Origin: an uncultured Thermotogae bacterium
Lineage (GTDB): Bacteria; Thermotogota; Thermotogae; MWEM01
NCBI GenBank assembly: GCA_963667315.1
Contig: OY763325.1
Coordinates: 1,669,380 to 1,733,379, forward strand
DNA length: 64,000 nucleotides
Direction of reading: 5' to 3'
A program made the position numbers and the translations under genes. Below the pieces are notes generated by a model. The model made no database searches. It was not told where the DNA came from and worked only from the letters and a program-made list of their open reading frames with translations. Positions 30,398 through 40,114 of this stretch are shown here, piece by piece. Within the stretch, counting starts at the first letter, position 1. The number at the start of each line of letters is the position of its first letter.

Positions 30398-31204
30398 TTA
30401 ATGATTTTTCTCTATCTCTTCACTGATACTCTTAGCCCTTTCAAACGTATCGTTGATCGCTTTCATGATCGTTCCTCTCAACCCTTCACGTTCCAGTGAA
30501 TAGATTCCCTCGATGGTGGTTCCTGCCGGTGAAGTAACGAGATGTCTGAATTCACCGGGATGATTACCTTTCGCCTCCAACAATTCGGCAGAACCGATTA
30601 AAGTACCGATAACAAGCTCTCTTGATTGATCATATGACAATCCCATCTTCAATCCCACATCGATCATGGATTCAATCATTACGAAAACGAAAGCAGGACC
30701 ACTACCACTCAAGGCGGTTACTGCCGGAAAATGCCGCTCCTCTATCTCGATAACCTTTCCAAGATTTTCAAGGATACCGATTACCAGTTTCTTGAGATTC
30801 GTACTGAAAGATTGACTGAAGCATATTCCCATAACCCCTTTTCCGATAGCAGACGGTACATTCGGCATGATTCTGGCAATATGATCCGACGTTATTTCAC
30901 TCATTATCTTTGAAATACTGATTCCCGTAACGGAACTGATCACTGTCTTTTCTTCAAGATTGTATTGACTCAGTGTTTTCATCAATTTATTGATATCCTG
31001 CGGCTTTACGGCTATGATAATAATCTGACAGCTCTGAACAAGCGTGTCGATGGAATCGACAATTTTACACCTCTCCTGTGCGTCAAAATGTCTGATCTTC
31101 TCTTTATGCTTATCAAAAAGAATGAGATTGATCGTCTTTTCACCCGCAAGTCTTTCGGTAAAAATACTGCCAATATTTCCGACACCAATAATCCCAATAT
31201 TCAT
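30398..31204 (-). CDS. proC: Pyrroline-5-carboxylate reductase
   Basis: N-terminal Rossmann GIIGVGNIG, conserved C-terminal dimerisation block (SPAGTTIEGIYSLEREGLRGTIMKAI). Confidence 0.9.
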   Translation of the reverse strand: MNIGIIGVGNIGSIFTERLAGEKTINLILFDKHKEKIRHFDAQERCKIVDSIDTLVQSCQIIIIAVKPQDINKLMKTLSQYNLEEKTVISSVTGISISKIMSEITSDHIARIMPNVPSAIGKGVMGICFSQSFSTNLKKLVIGILENLGKVIEIEERHFPAVTALSGSGPAFVFVMIESMIDVGLKMGLSYDQSRELVIGTLIGSAELLEAKGNHPGEFRHLVTSPAGTTIEGIYSLEREGLRGTIMKAINDTFERAKSISEEIEKNH

Positions 31205-32169
31205 TGTACACGCTCCTCTTCAAGTATTTTTATCCATTTTCCGATCACTTGATTCACATGCCTATAACTCTCCTCATGCGGCACATGACCACTATTTGAA
31301 ATAATCTCCAATGTGATATTATCATTTTTTGATGCAGATTTTCGAATCTTTTCGAGATTAACCACACGATCGTATTCTCCCATAATACAGAGCGTATCCA
31401 TATCAACCGTTTCAAAGCAGGCTGTCATGTCAAAATCTCCCTGATTCAAGGTAAACTCGATCAACGCCTTCTCCCAATCATCTATCCGTGTATATTTTCT
31501 GTACGCCTCCCTGACTTCCGTTGTAATTTTCGAATCATCATACCACGCCTCATCCAAACCACTTTCAAGTGCATTTGCCAGAAATCCTTTAAATAGAGAA
31601 ACGCTGTTTCTTATCAGAGGATTCGTAAACAGTTTCGCAAACGGATTCTCGTCAAATGCATGCTCCAGCGCAGGAGAAATCAGGACAAGTCCCACTATAT
31701 TATCCGGGAATTTTTGATAATAATCAAGCGCTATCGGTGTTCCTGCCGAATGACCGACTAAAAATACCGTTCGGTCATCAAGCTTAAGAAATCGCAACAG
31801 CTGCCTGGCAAGAACCGCCTGGTTGCTGAACCCATACCAGTTGGTATCCCGCTTATCGGTATCCAAAATACGTTCGCTCAACCCAAAGGGCGGTCTATCA
31901 TAGGTTATCATGAGATAACGTCCTTTATACACTTCGATCATTTTTTCCCATGTATAGGTACTTGAACCAAATCCATGAAACAACAGCATGACAGTTTTAT
32001 CACAGTCATTCAGATCCCCGAAGCTTTTATAGTGCAGGATCACACCCTCGAGATTGACAAACAGACTGTCTGTATCCGCCAAAACTTCAGCGGAAACCGA
32101 GAATAAAGCCATATGGAAAAGAATCATCCCCACACCGATCAGAATAGTCCTGCGTGTCACATTCATCAC
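31201..32169 (-). CDS. Alpha/beta hydrolase fold protein, exported
   Basis: Signal peptide; HGFGSS oxyanion block, nucleophile elbow GHSAG, C-terminal H (SGHVPHEE); 4-nt overlap with proC. Confidence 0.8.
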   Translation of the reverse strand: MMNVTRRTILIGVGMILFHMALFSVSAEVLADTDSLFVNLEGVILHYKSFGDLNDCDKTVMLLFHGFGSSTYTWEKMIEVYKGRYLMITYDRPPFGLSERILDTDKRDTNWYGFSNQAVLARQLLRFLKLDDRTVFLVGHSAGTPIALDYYQKFPDNIVGLVLISPALEHAFDENPFAKLFTNPLIRNSVSLFKGFLANALESGLDEAWYDDSKITTEVREAYRKYTRIDDWEKALIEFTLNQGDFDMTACFETVDMDTLCIMGEYDRVVNLEKIRKSASKNDNITLEIISNSGHVPHEESYRHVNQVIGKWIKILEEERVQ

Positions 32170-32333
32170 CCCGACATCATTATTTATTTTCTATTTAAGT
32201 ACATTTTCAACCTTTTATTAGCTTCGGTTCATTATACCGTTTTATTTTAAAAAAACACAAGTATTTGAAAATTTTTAACACGCAAATTTCAAATAAAGCA
32301 GCTTGAATCCTCCCTCGAAAGTCCTTTTTTCTG

Positions 32334-32359
32334 TGCTATAATCGGATATAAAATATCCG
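32334..32359 (+). promoter_or_regulatory. Extended -10 promoter (TGcTATAAT) immediately followed by perfect palindrome CGGATATaaaATATCCG (candidate operator) upstream of ord
   Basis: TGnTATAAT at 32334-32342; 7-3-7 palindrome 32343-32359; ~58 nt upstream of ord ATG. Confidence 0.45.
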
Positions 32360-32416
32360 TGAAACTTAAAAATCATGGATTATAGACAAATATATTTTAT
32401 TCAGGAGGTTTTATTA

Positions 32417-33430
32417 ATGATTAGAGTACTTGCTTGGGGATTGGGCGCAATGGGTTCTGGAATTGCAAAGAACCTTTCAGAAAAAGAAGGCATTCAGCTC
32501 GTAGGGGCTATCGACAGAAATGAGGCGCTTATCGGAAAAGACCTTGGAACATTCCTTGGAAAAGAAGAAATGGGAATTACGATTGGAAATGATATCGAAA
32601 AGAAACTGGACGAAACCTATCCGGATGTTGTCGTGATTGCCACTCATTCATTCGTCGATGTTGTGTTCCCTCAGATTCTCAAATGTATCGAAAAGAATGT
32701 AAATGTTGTTACAATAGCCGAAGAAATGGCCTATCCGTTCGAAAGCAACCCGGAACAGGCGGAAATCATAGACAAGATGGCAAGAAAACATGGCGTTACA
32801 GTACTCGGAACCGGTGTCAATCCCGGATTTGTTCTTGATCAGCTCATTCTCAATATGACAGGCGCCTGCCTGAAAGTTAACAGCATCAAGGCGCAAAGGA
32901 TCAACGATCTGTCCCCGTTCGGTAAAACCGTTATGGAAACTCAGGGTGTCGGAACGACTGTTGAACAGTTCAACGCCGGAATCGCCGACGGATCAATCGT
33001 TGGGCATATCGGATTCCAGCAGTCTATCCAGATGATCGGAGACTATATGGGCTGGGCAATCGACAGAATAGAAGAAGAAAGAGAACCAATTGTGTCAAAA
33101 ACTTCCAGAGAAACACCGGTTGTCAAAGTTGAACCGGGAATGGTAGCAGGTTGCAGACATATCGGAAGAGGATACGAAGGGGATGAATTGAAGATAGAAC
33201 TTATTCACCCGCAGCAGATTCATCCTGAAGTAGAAGATGTCGATACAGGCGATTACATTTGGATTTACGGCGACCCGGATATATCTCTCGCCATCAAACC
33301 GGAAATCCCCGGAGGTAAAGGAACAATGGCAACCGCAAGTAACATGATCCCTATCGTTTGTGACTGGGATGCCGGTCTCTTCTCCATGGCCGACATGCCA
33401 ATTCCGGTATGTCTTCCGGACCGATTCTAA
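32417..33430 (+). CDS. ord: 2,4-diaminopentanoate dehydrogenase-like (DapB-fold NAD(P)-dependent amine dehydrogenase family)
   Basis: AGGAGG RBS, ATG 32417; N-terminal Rossmann (RVLAWGLGAMGSGIAKNL) and DapB-like architecture; assignment supported mainly by immediately downstream ortA/ortB-like genes. Confidence 0.6.
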   Translation: MIRVLAWGLGAMGSGIAKNLSEKEGIQLVGAIDRNEALIGKDLGTFLGKEEMGITIGNDIEKKLDETYPDVVVIATHSFVDVVFPQILKCIEKNVNVVTIAEEMAYPFESNPEQAEIIDKMARKHGVTVLGTGVNPGFVLDQLILNMTGACLKVNSIKAQRINDLSPFGKTVMETQGVGTTVEQFNAGIADGSIVGHIGFQQSIQMIGDYMGWAIDRIEEEREPIVSKTSRETPVVKVEPGMVAGCRHIGRGYEGDELKIELIHPQQIHPEVEDVDTGDYIWIYGDPDISLAIKPEIPGGKGTMATASNMIPIVCDWDAGLFSMADMPIPVCLPDRF

Positions 33431-33449
33431 GATAAACGGGGATGTTAGG

Positions 33450-33767
33450 ATGACTGAAAAGGCTATAAAAGGACAGTATGTAAAAATATACAAAACAATT
33501 CTCCAGCCTTCTCAGCGAGCGGCAACTGTACCCGAAGACACAAAAAAGGTACCGCTTGAGATGTGGCTGAACGGTTTCCTTGTCGACGACACGGCAACAA
33601 TCGGAGATGAGATAGAAATAAAGACCGTTACAGGAAGGTCCGTAAAGGGAAAACTGGTAGATTGCGATCCGAAATATGAACACAGTTTTGGCAAACCGAT
33701 TCCCGAACTCCTTGAGATAGGCCCGAAGATCCGCAATTTTATCGATGGGGGTGAATACGATGGATAA
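33450..33767 (+). CDS. ortA: 2-amino-4-ketopentanoate thiolase alpha subunit-like small protein
   Basis: 105 aa from ATG 33450; size and position (between ord-like and PLP-enzyme gene, stop overlapping next start) match the OrtA arrangement of the Clostridium sticklandii ornithine pathway. Confidence 0.5.
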   Translation: MTEKAIKGQYVKIYKTILQPSQRAATVPEDTKKVPLEMWLNGFLVDDTATIGDEIEIKTVTGRSVKGKLVDCDPKYEHSFGKPIPELLEIGPKIRNFIDGGEYDG

Positions 33768-35187
33768 CTTCAACAACATTGTTGACAATTCCTACAATGC
33801 CGTTATGGGTAGAAGAACCCAGATCATGAAAAAAGCCGTTGGTATTGATTATGACAAATACGAGATTGACGGGATCGCTTTTGATTATGAAAAGATGATG
33901 AGTGAAGTGGGATACAGTCTTGAAGAACTCAGAGCCATTCAATCTGAAACGGCTGTGGGGAATACACCACTCGTCGAGCTTAAACAGATCAACAAACTTA
34001 TAAAGAAGATTTCAGCCCCCGGCAAGGGTGCAAGAATCTTTCTGAAGGATGAGGCGGCAAATCCGTCTGGAAGTTTCAAAGACAGAAGGGCAAGCGTCAG
34101 TGTCTACGAGGCGCAGAAAAACGGATACAAAGGCGTTATAGCGGCTACAAGCGGAAATTACGGAGCGGCCGTTGCCTCTCAGGCTGCAAAACGTGGACTA
34201 AAATGTATCATCGTTCAGGAAACATTTGACAGCCGCGGGGTGGGACAGCCTGAAATCGTTGAAAAAGCCAGAGCTTGTGAAGCCTATGGGTCGGAAGTGG
34301 TTCAGCTCACAGTTGGCCCGGAACTCTTTTATTATTTCCTCGTTCTCCTTGAAGAAACGGGGTATTTCAACGCCTCATTATATACACCGTTTGGTATCGC
34401 AGGGGTTGAAACACTTGGTTACGAACTCAACGAACAGATGATCGCAAAGACAGGAAAGAGTCCCGACTATGTCGTCGTCACACATGCCGGCGGCGGAAAT
34501 CTCACCGGAACGGCAAGAGGGCTTATCAAAGCGGGGGCAACGGATACAAAGATCGTTGCCGCAAGTGTTGATCTCTCAGGACTGCATATGGCAAGTGACA
34601 GCGATTTCAACAGAAAATCTTTTACAACGGGACATACCGGTTTTGGTATTCCATTTGCAACTTTCCCGGACAGATCCGATGTTCCGAGAAATGCCGCAAG
34701 AGCCTTGAGATATATGGACAGATATCTCCTCGTTTCACAGGGTGAAACGTTCTATGTCACAGAACTTCTCGCACAAGTGGAAGGAATGCAGAGAGGGCCT
34801 GCCGGAAACACTTCATTAACCGCAGCCATCGCTCTGGCAAGAGAACTTGACGATGATCAGACCATCGTCGTTCAGGAAACAGAATATACCGGTGCTGGAA
34901 AATGTCCGAGTGCCCAGCTGACCTTCGCAAAGGAAAACGGTGTCATCGTCAGAACGGGAGATCCCGCAGAAAACAATCCCGGTAGGGAGATTGTGATTCC
35001 GGAACATCCGAACCAGTTGCATTATACTGAGATGAAGATGAACAGGATCAGAAAATCCTATATCAAACAGGCGATCAGATCCTGTGACAGGGATGTTTTC
35101 TCGGAGGCTGAATTAAAGTTCATAGCCGAAGATACAAATCTTGAAAAAACTGAAATCATGAACATCATTGAAGCATTAAAGGGCTAG
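33760..35187 (+). CDS. ortB: 2-amino-4-ketopentanoate thiolase beta subunit-like, PLP-dependent (tryptophan-synthase-beta superfamily)
   Basis: GGGGGTG RBS, ATG 33760 overlapping ortA stop; PLP-lysine block SFKDRRA, glycine loop SGNYG, ~475 aa as for OrtB. Confidence 0.65.
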   Translation: MDNFNNIVDNSYNAVMGRRTQIMKKAVGIDYDKYEIDGIAFDYEKMMSEVGYSLEELRAIQSETAVGNTPLVELKQINKLIKKISAPGKGARIFLKDEAANPSGSFKDRRASVSVYEAQKNGYKGVIAATSGNYGAAVASQAAKRGLKCIIVQETFDSRGVGQPEIVEKARACEAYGSEVVQLTVGPELFYYFLVLLEETGYFNASLYTPFGIAGVETLGYELNEQMIAKTGKSPDYVVVTHAGGGNLTGTARGLIKAGATDTKIVAASVDLSGLHMASDSDFNRKSFTTGHTGFGIPFATFPDRSDVPRNAARALRYMDRYLLVSQGETFYVTELLAQVEGMQRGPAGNTSLTAAIALARELDDDQTIVVQETEYTGAGKCPSAQLTFAKENGVIVRTGDPAENNPGREIVIPEHPNQLHYTEMKMNRIRKSYIKQAIRSCDRDVFSEAELKFIAEDTNLEKTEIMNIIEALKG

Positions 35188-35296
35188 CAATAAATTTGAT
35201 AACCCGTTCCTGTATTAAGTGAAACGGATTATCAGATGTGACAGGGTGGGCTCATCAGAAGCCCTTTCCTTGTCACTAAATCAGGAGGTAACCACA

Positions 35297-36160
35297 ATGA
35301 TTGGAATTATTAGTGATACGGGTACAGATATCCCCCCAATGATCTCAGAAAAAAATTACGTTGAGGTTGTGCCGCTTAAGGTCGTCATGGAGGATATCGT
35401 ATTGAAAGATGGAGAAAGAGATGAATTCCCACGGATCATCGCTTATATGGAAAACGGATTTCCCAAAACGACCCTGCCATCTTTCCATGAAGTAAAAGAA
35501 AAGATGATGAATCTCATCGATAAAGGGATAAAAGAGATCATCGCATTTAATATTTCAAACAAACTCAGCGGTACGCACAATATCTTCCGGCTTGTTGCTG
35601 AAGAGGTCACAAAAGAAAACCAAGACGTCAGGATTGAATTGTTTGATACGCTCGATGTCTCAATTGGTTGTGCTAATTACATCGTCAAGGCTGATCAGAT
35701 GATTGAAGCGGGAAAAGACTTTCAAGAGATCGTTTCTTATATGAGAGAGGCGATTCCGAAGAAATCCACCGTATTCTTTACGATACCGACGATTAAATAT
35801 CTCAAAGCCGGTGGCCGTATCGGCAGAGTCAGCGGTACCATCGCTGAAATCCTCAACATCAAACCCGTTATCCGATGTGATGATGATGGCGTTTATATCA
35901 CAGTCGGAAAGGCAAGGGGGTTGAAAAAGGCCTATAAAATGGTCAAGGAAAATGCCTATAACATCATCAGAGAAAATGATGTTAATATATGCGGAATAGC
36001 ATGGACCGGAAACGCCCCGGAAACTTTGAAAGAAATCGAGCAGATCAAAAAGGATCTGAAGGAACTGGGTGTTAAAAAGGTTTACGGCCATCATATAAAC
36101 GCAACACTCTTTGTCAATACAGGGTTGGAATTGATTGGTGTGGCACCGTATATTGAATGA
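35297..36160 (+). CDS. DegV family fatty-acid-binding protein (FakB-like)
   Basis: AGGAGG RBS, ATG 35297; DegV hallmarks (ISDTGTDIP, LSGT, KAGGRIGRVSGTIAEILNIKP). Confidence 0.85.
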   Translation: MIGIISDTGTDIPPMISEKNYVEVVPLKVVMEDIVLKDGERDEFPRIIAYMENGFPKTTLPSFHEVKEKMMNLIDKGIKEIIAFNISNKLSGTHNIFRLVAEEVTKENQDVRIELFDTLDVSIGCANYIVKADQMIEAGKDFQEIVSYMREAIPKKSTVFFTIPTIKYLKAGGRIGRVSGTIAEILNIKPVIRCDDDGVYITVGKARGLKKAYKMVKENAYNIIRENDVNICGIAWTGNAPETLKEIEQIKKDLKELGVKKVYGHHINATLFVNTGLELIGVAPYIE

Positions 36161-36215
36161 AAAGTGATGCTCTCATCAGATAATCATCAAATAGCGTGAA
36201 AAGGAGATGGGTATA

Positions 36216-37079
36216 ATGATAGGAATGATTTGTGATACAGCTACTGATATCCCTCAGATACTCAGTCAAAAGGATAACGTGGAAGTCGTGCAGTTGAAGG
36301 TCATACTGGGTGACGATGTTTGTCTTGATGGTGAAAAAGATGCTTTCCCAAAGATAATCAAATACATGGAGACCGGATTCCCCAAAACAACTCTTCCAAC
36401 CTTCCACGAAGTAAAGGAAAAGATGATAAACCTCATCGATAAAGGCATCACAGAAATATTAAGTTTCAACCTGTCCAACAAATTAAGTGGCACTTTTAAC
36501 ATCTTCAGACTTGTAAAAGAGGAAGTGTGTCAAGAATACCCTAATGTCCGGATAGAACTATTTGATACGCTGAGTGTTTCAGTTGGCTGTGCAAACTACA
36601 TGATAAAAGCGGATCAGATGATGACAGCGGGAAAAACATTTGAAGAAATCACTGAATATCTTAGGGACGCCATCCCCGAAAAATCCTTCGTTTATTTCAC
36701 GATTCCAACGTTGAAATTTCTCAAAGCCGGTGGTCGTATCGGCAGAGTCAGCGGTACCATCGCTGAAATCCTCAATATCAAACCGATCATCACATGTGGT
36801 GACGACGGGATTTATAATACTGCCGGAAAAGCAAGGGGCTTAAAAAAAGCATATAAACTGGTAAAAGACTTCGCTTATAAAATCATTAAAGAGAACTCTG
36901 TAAAGATCTGCGCTGTTGCATGGGGCGGAACGGATAGAGAAACACTAATGGAAGTGGAAAAGATCAAAGCCGAACTCGCAGAAATGGGTGTCGAAACGGT
37001 ATACGGTCATCATGTTAATCCGACTTTATTCGTGAATACAGGGCTCAAAATGATTGGTATCGCGCCCCTGATCGAATGA
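36216..37079 (+). CDS. DegV family fatty-acid-binding protein (FakB-like), tandem paralog
   Basis: Highly similar to upstream paralog (identical KAGGRIGRVSGTIAEILNIKP block); start ATG 36216 chosen for RBS spacing. Confidence 0.85.
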   Translation: MIGMICDTATDIPQILSQKDNVEVVQLKVILGDDVCLDGEKDAFPKIIKYMETGFPKTTLPTFHEVKEKMINLIDKGITEILSFNLSNKLSGTFNIFRLVKEEVCQEYPNVRIELFDTLSVSVGCANYMIKADQMMTAGKTFEEITEYLRDAIPEKSFVYFTIPTLKFLKAGGRIGRVSGTIAEILNIKPIITCGDDGIYNTAGKARGLKKAYKLVKDFAYKIIKENSVKICAVAWGGTDRETLMEVEKIKAELAEMGVETVYGHHVNPTLFVNTGLKMIGIAPLIE

Positions 37080-37104
37080 TTTCATAATTTCTCTTGACAA
37101 ACGC

Positions 37105-37157
37105 TTGACAAAATTTAATTTTCTATGATATACTTCCGTTCGATGACCGAGGGTCAT
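37105..37157 (+). promoter_or_regulatory. Promoter (TTGACA-18nt-TATACT) followed by palindrome ATGACCgagGGTCAT upstream of the TetR gene
   Basis: TTGACA 37105-37110 (a second TTGACA at 37094-37099), TATACT 37129-37134, 6-3-6 palindrome 37143-37157. Confidence 0.5.
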
Positions 37158-37191
37158 TTTGTTAGACAAAATATGATTCGATAAAAAGGAT

Positions 37192-37839
37192 TTGAGTATG
37201 AAGAACAGAGAAGCAAAGAGCAATATGATAGTTGACGCAGCGGAACAATTATTCTTTTCACAGGGCTTCAAGGCAACCTCCATGGATCAGATAGCACGAG
37301 AGGCTGATGTCGCTAAGGGAACGCTTTACCTTTATTTTAAAAGTAAAAAGGAACTTTATTATGCAGTGGGTCAGCGTGCGATGGAATGTTTGAAGGGAAT
37401 GTTTGACGAAACATCCGTTGCCGCAAAAACCGGACTTGAAAGATTGTTTTCATATGCAAAAGCCTTTTTAAAATTTCAGAAAGAACATCCGAATTATTAC
37501 GACTTCATCATCAATTATCAGGGAGAAAAATACAAGCTGAGTAAACAGGGCCGTGAAGTTAAATCAACTTATGAAGGAAGTATCCATCTCTTTTCAAGTG
37601 TAATGGATTCAGTTAAGGAAGGGATGGAAGACGGTTCGATTAAAGTGGATATGGAGCCGGAACTACTGGCCAGTCTTTTATGGTGTGAAATCTGTGGTGT
37701 GGCTCAATTTGCAGGGTTAAGAGAGCTTTTCTTCAAGCAGTTTTCGAGTGAGGTAACGGCTGACAATATCAGAGACGGTTTCCTCAATCTCACCGAATTT
37801 TTTATCTCCGGTCAGAAAAAAGAAGAATTTGATACTTAG
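37192..37839 (+). CDS. TetR family transcriptional regulator
   Basis: N-terminal TetR HTH (FFSQGFKATSMDQIAREADVAKGTLYLYFKSKKELYY); 215 aa. Confidence 0.85.
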   Translation: MSMKNREAKSNMIVDAAEQLFFSQGFKATSMDQIAREADVAKGTLYLYFKSKKELYYAVGQRAMECLKGMFDETSVAAKTGLERLFSYAKAFLKFQKEHPNYYDFIINYQGEKYKLSKQGREVKSTYEGSIHLFSSVMDSVKEGMEDGSIKVDMEPELLASLLWCEICGVAQFAGLRELFFKQFSSEVTADNIRDGFLNLTEFFISGQKKEEFDT

Positions 37840-37871
37840 CAGGTTGATTTTGTATTTTTTTTGTGAGATAA

Positions 37872-37894
37872 TGACTCGAAGTCAGTAATGACTG
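37872..37894 (+). promoter_or_regulatory. Palindrome TGACTcgaAGTCA plus adjacent ATGACT half-site upstream of fabF; related to the TetR-gene palindrome
   Basis: TGACTCGAAGTCA 37872-37884, repeat TAATGACT 37887-37894; shares TGAC(C/T)-N3-(G/A)GTCA core with 37143-37157. Confidence 0.45.
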
Positions 37895-37930
37895 GGGATT
37901 CATTTTTAGGGAAGAAAGGGAGCGAGTTTT

Positions 37931-39160
37931 ATGAGCAGAGTAGCGGTAACAGGTATTGGAAGCATAAATTCCATCGGAAAGAATATAGAAGAGATCACAC
38001 AATCATTAAAAGAACAGAAGATAGGAATAGACTTTATTACACAATTTGATACGACGGAGCATACGACAAAGATCGCAGCGGAAATAAAAGATTTTGAACC
38101 AAAAGATCATTTTGAAAGAAAGATAGCCAAGAGATATGACAGATTCCTTCAACTTGGTATCGTAGCAGCAAGACAGGCTGTCGCGGACGCTCACTTTGAG
38201 AACGATGACTGGAAGGATAATGCAGCCGTAACCGTTTCATCCGGAATTGGGGGCTTCAAGACCCTGCACAAGGAATATGCGAATCTCAACAGAAAGGGAC
38301 CATCAGCGGTCAGACCTTTCCTCATTCCTATGATGATAGCTGATATGGCATCAGGAGCTGTCGCGTTGGACCTTGGAGCGAAAGGCCCGAACTTTTCAAC
38401 GATGAGCGCATGTGCATCATCTCTTCACGCAATCATTTTGACAACCATGATGATTAAACACGGATACATAGAAGTTGGGGTTACAGGCGGAACCGAAGCT
38501 GTTATTGATCCGATGCCCATTGCGGCATTTGCGAATATGACCGCTCTTTCACCAAACGACAAAGACCCGGATAAAGCCTGCAGACCTTTTGATAAGGCGA
38601 GAAACGGATTTATCATGGGTGAAGGTTCCGGTGTTCTGGTGCTTGAAAGTGAAGAACATGCGAAGGCAAGAGGGGCCAGGATATACGGATACATCGACGG
38701 ATTTGGAATGACGGAAGACGCCTATCACATCTCTCAGACCGATCCTGAAGGAAAGGGTGCCGCCAAGGCGATGAGACAGGCGATTGAAATGGCAGACTGC
38801 GGACTGGGAGAAGTTGACCTGCTCAACTGTCATGCGACAAGCACACCGGTTGGCGATGTTTCGGAAATCAAGGCGTTGAGATCGGTATTCGGTGAACAGC
38901 TTAACGCTATCACGATACAGGCCACAAAATCCCTGATGGGACATACCCTTGGAGCTGCCGGTGCGAATGAGCTGATTGCATCCATCATACAAAGTGAAGA
39001 GAATTTTGTTCATGGTATGCCAAATCTGGATGACCCTGACGATTTCTGTGAAGGGCTCGATATTTTCAAAGAAAACAAGCCTAAAAAGATCAACACCGTC
39101 ATAAAAAACGCTTTTGGATTTGGCGGACACAATGCATCGGTACTCTATAGAAAGGCTTAA
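37931..39160 (+). CDS. fabF: 3-oxoacyl-[acyl-carrier-protein] synthase II
   Basis: Active-site Cys block (STMSACASSLHAI), His-His-Lys triad regions (NCHATSTPVGD, MGHTLGAAG), C-terminal NAFGFGGHN. Confidence 0.9.
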   Translation: MSRVAVTGIGSINSIGKNIEEITQSLKEQKIGIDFITQFDTTEHTTKIAAEIKDFEPKDHFERKIAKRYDRFLQLGIVAARQAVADAHFENDDWKDNAAVTVSSGIGGFKTLHKEYANLNRKGPSAVRPFLIPMMIADMASGAVALDLGAKGPNFSTMSACASSLHAIILTTMMIKHGYIEVGVTGGTEAVIDPMPIAAFANMTALSPNDKDPDKACRPFDKARNGFIMGEGSGVLVLESEEHAKARGARIYGYIDGFGMTEDAYHISQTDPEGKGAAKAMRQAIEMADCGLGEVDLLNCHATSTPVGDVSEIKALRSVFGEQLNAITIQATKSLMGHTLGAAGANELIASIIQSEENFVHGMPNLDDPDDFCEGLDIFKENKPKKINTVIKNAFGFGGHNASVLYRKA

Positions 39161-39163
39161 AAG

Positions 39164-40114
39164 ATGAATACAAAGATGAACAGAATTACGGAACTTTTTG
39201 ATATAGAATATCCGCTCATCCTTGGTGGTATGGCATGGGTGGGAACGGCAAAACTCGCAGCCGCCGTCAGTGAAGCCGGAGGACTCGGGACAATTGGATC
39301 CGGTGGAATGACGCCGGATATACTGGAAAGTGAATTGGATAAGATAAAAGACTTGACCGATAAACCATTCGCGGTGAATCTCATGTTGCTGAATCCATAT
39401 ATAGACGAATTGGTTCAGGTTTGCCTGAGAAAAGATGTAAAGGTCTATATTTTCGGAGCGGGTAACCCTTCAAAATATATAGAGGCAATCAAGGCCCAGA
39501 ATGGAAAGATTCTTGCCGTCGTTGCTTCGGAGACACTGGCTCTCAGAATGGAACGAAACGGAATAGATGCGGTCATCGGAGAAGGGATGGAATGTGGCGG
39601 ACACATCGGAACCCTTACAACCATGACGCTCGTTCCAAAGCTGGCAAAGACCGTTAAAATTCCAGTTATCGCAGCAGGTGGGATCGCCCTTCCCGAACAG
39701 GTACAGGCTGCCTTCGCATTGGGAGCAGAAGGCGTTCAGGTGGGAACACGCTTCATCGCTTCAGAGGAATGTGAAGCACATGAGGTCTACAAGACTAAAG
39801 TGCTCAAAGGAAAGATAAGAGATACGATTATTACAGGTGGAAAGCTCGGTCATCCGGCAAGATCCATCAAGACAAAATTCACGAGAAAACTCGGAAAGAT
39901 AGAAAATGAATCTCCGGAAGAAGCTGAAAGACTCCTGGTTGGAAGTCTGAAAAAGGCCTTCCTTCACGGAAGTGAAGAGGAAGGTGTCTTCATGGCGGGT
40001 CAGGCAATCGGATTAATTGACGAAATGAAGTCCGTCAGAGAAATAGTGGAAGAATTGTTCCCAATCGGGTATAATACCTTTGGTAAGATGGTAAAAGAAG
40101 AGGTGGCAGAATGA
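39164..40114 (+). CDS. fabK: Enoyl-[acyl-carrier-protein] reductase II (FMN-dependent, NPD family)
   Basis: NPD/nitronate-monooxygenase-like TIM barrel (GGMAWVGTAKLAAAVSEAGGLG; GGHIG); placement between fabF and fabD supports FabK. Confidence 0.75.
   Translation: MNTKMNRITELFDIEYPLILGGMAWVGTAKLAAAVSEAGGLGTIGSGGMTPDILESELDKIKDLTDKPFAVNLMLLNPYIDELVQVCLRKDVKVYIFGAGNPSKYIEAIKAQNGKILAVVASETLALRMERNGIDAVIGEGMECGGHIGTLTTMTLVPKLAKTVKIPVIAAGGIALPEQVQAAFALGAEGVQVGTRFIASEECEAHEVYKTKVLKGKIRDTIITGGKLGHPARSIKTKFTRKLGKIENESPEEAERLLVGSLKKAFLHGSEEEGVFMAGQAIGLIDEMKSVREIVEELFPIGYNTFGKMVKEEVAE

Noticed and set aside
33095-33788. Minus-strand ORFs (132 and 145 aa) overlapping the ord 3' end, ortA and the ortB start
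   Set aside because: They conflict with the RBS-supported, tightly coupled ord-ortA-ortB genes on the plus strand. They are Cys/Arg-rich and lack start signals.
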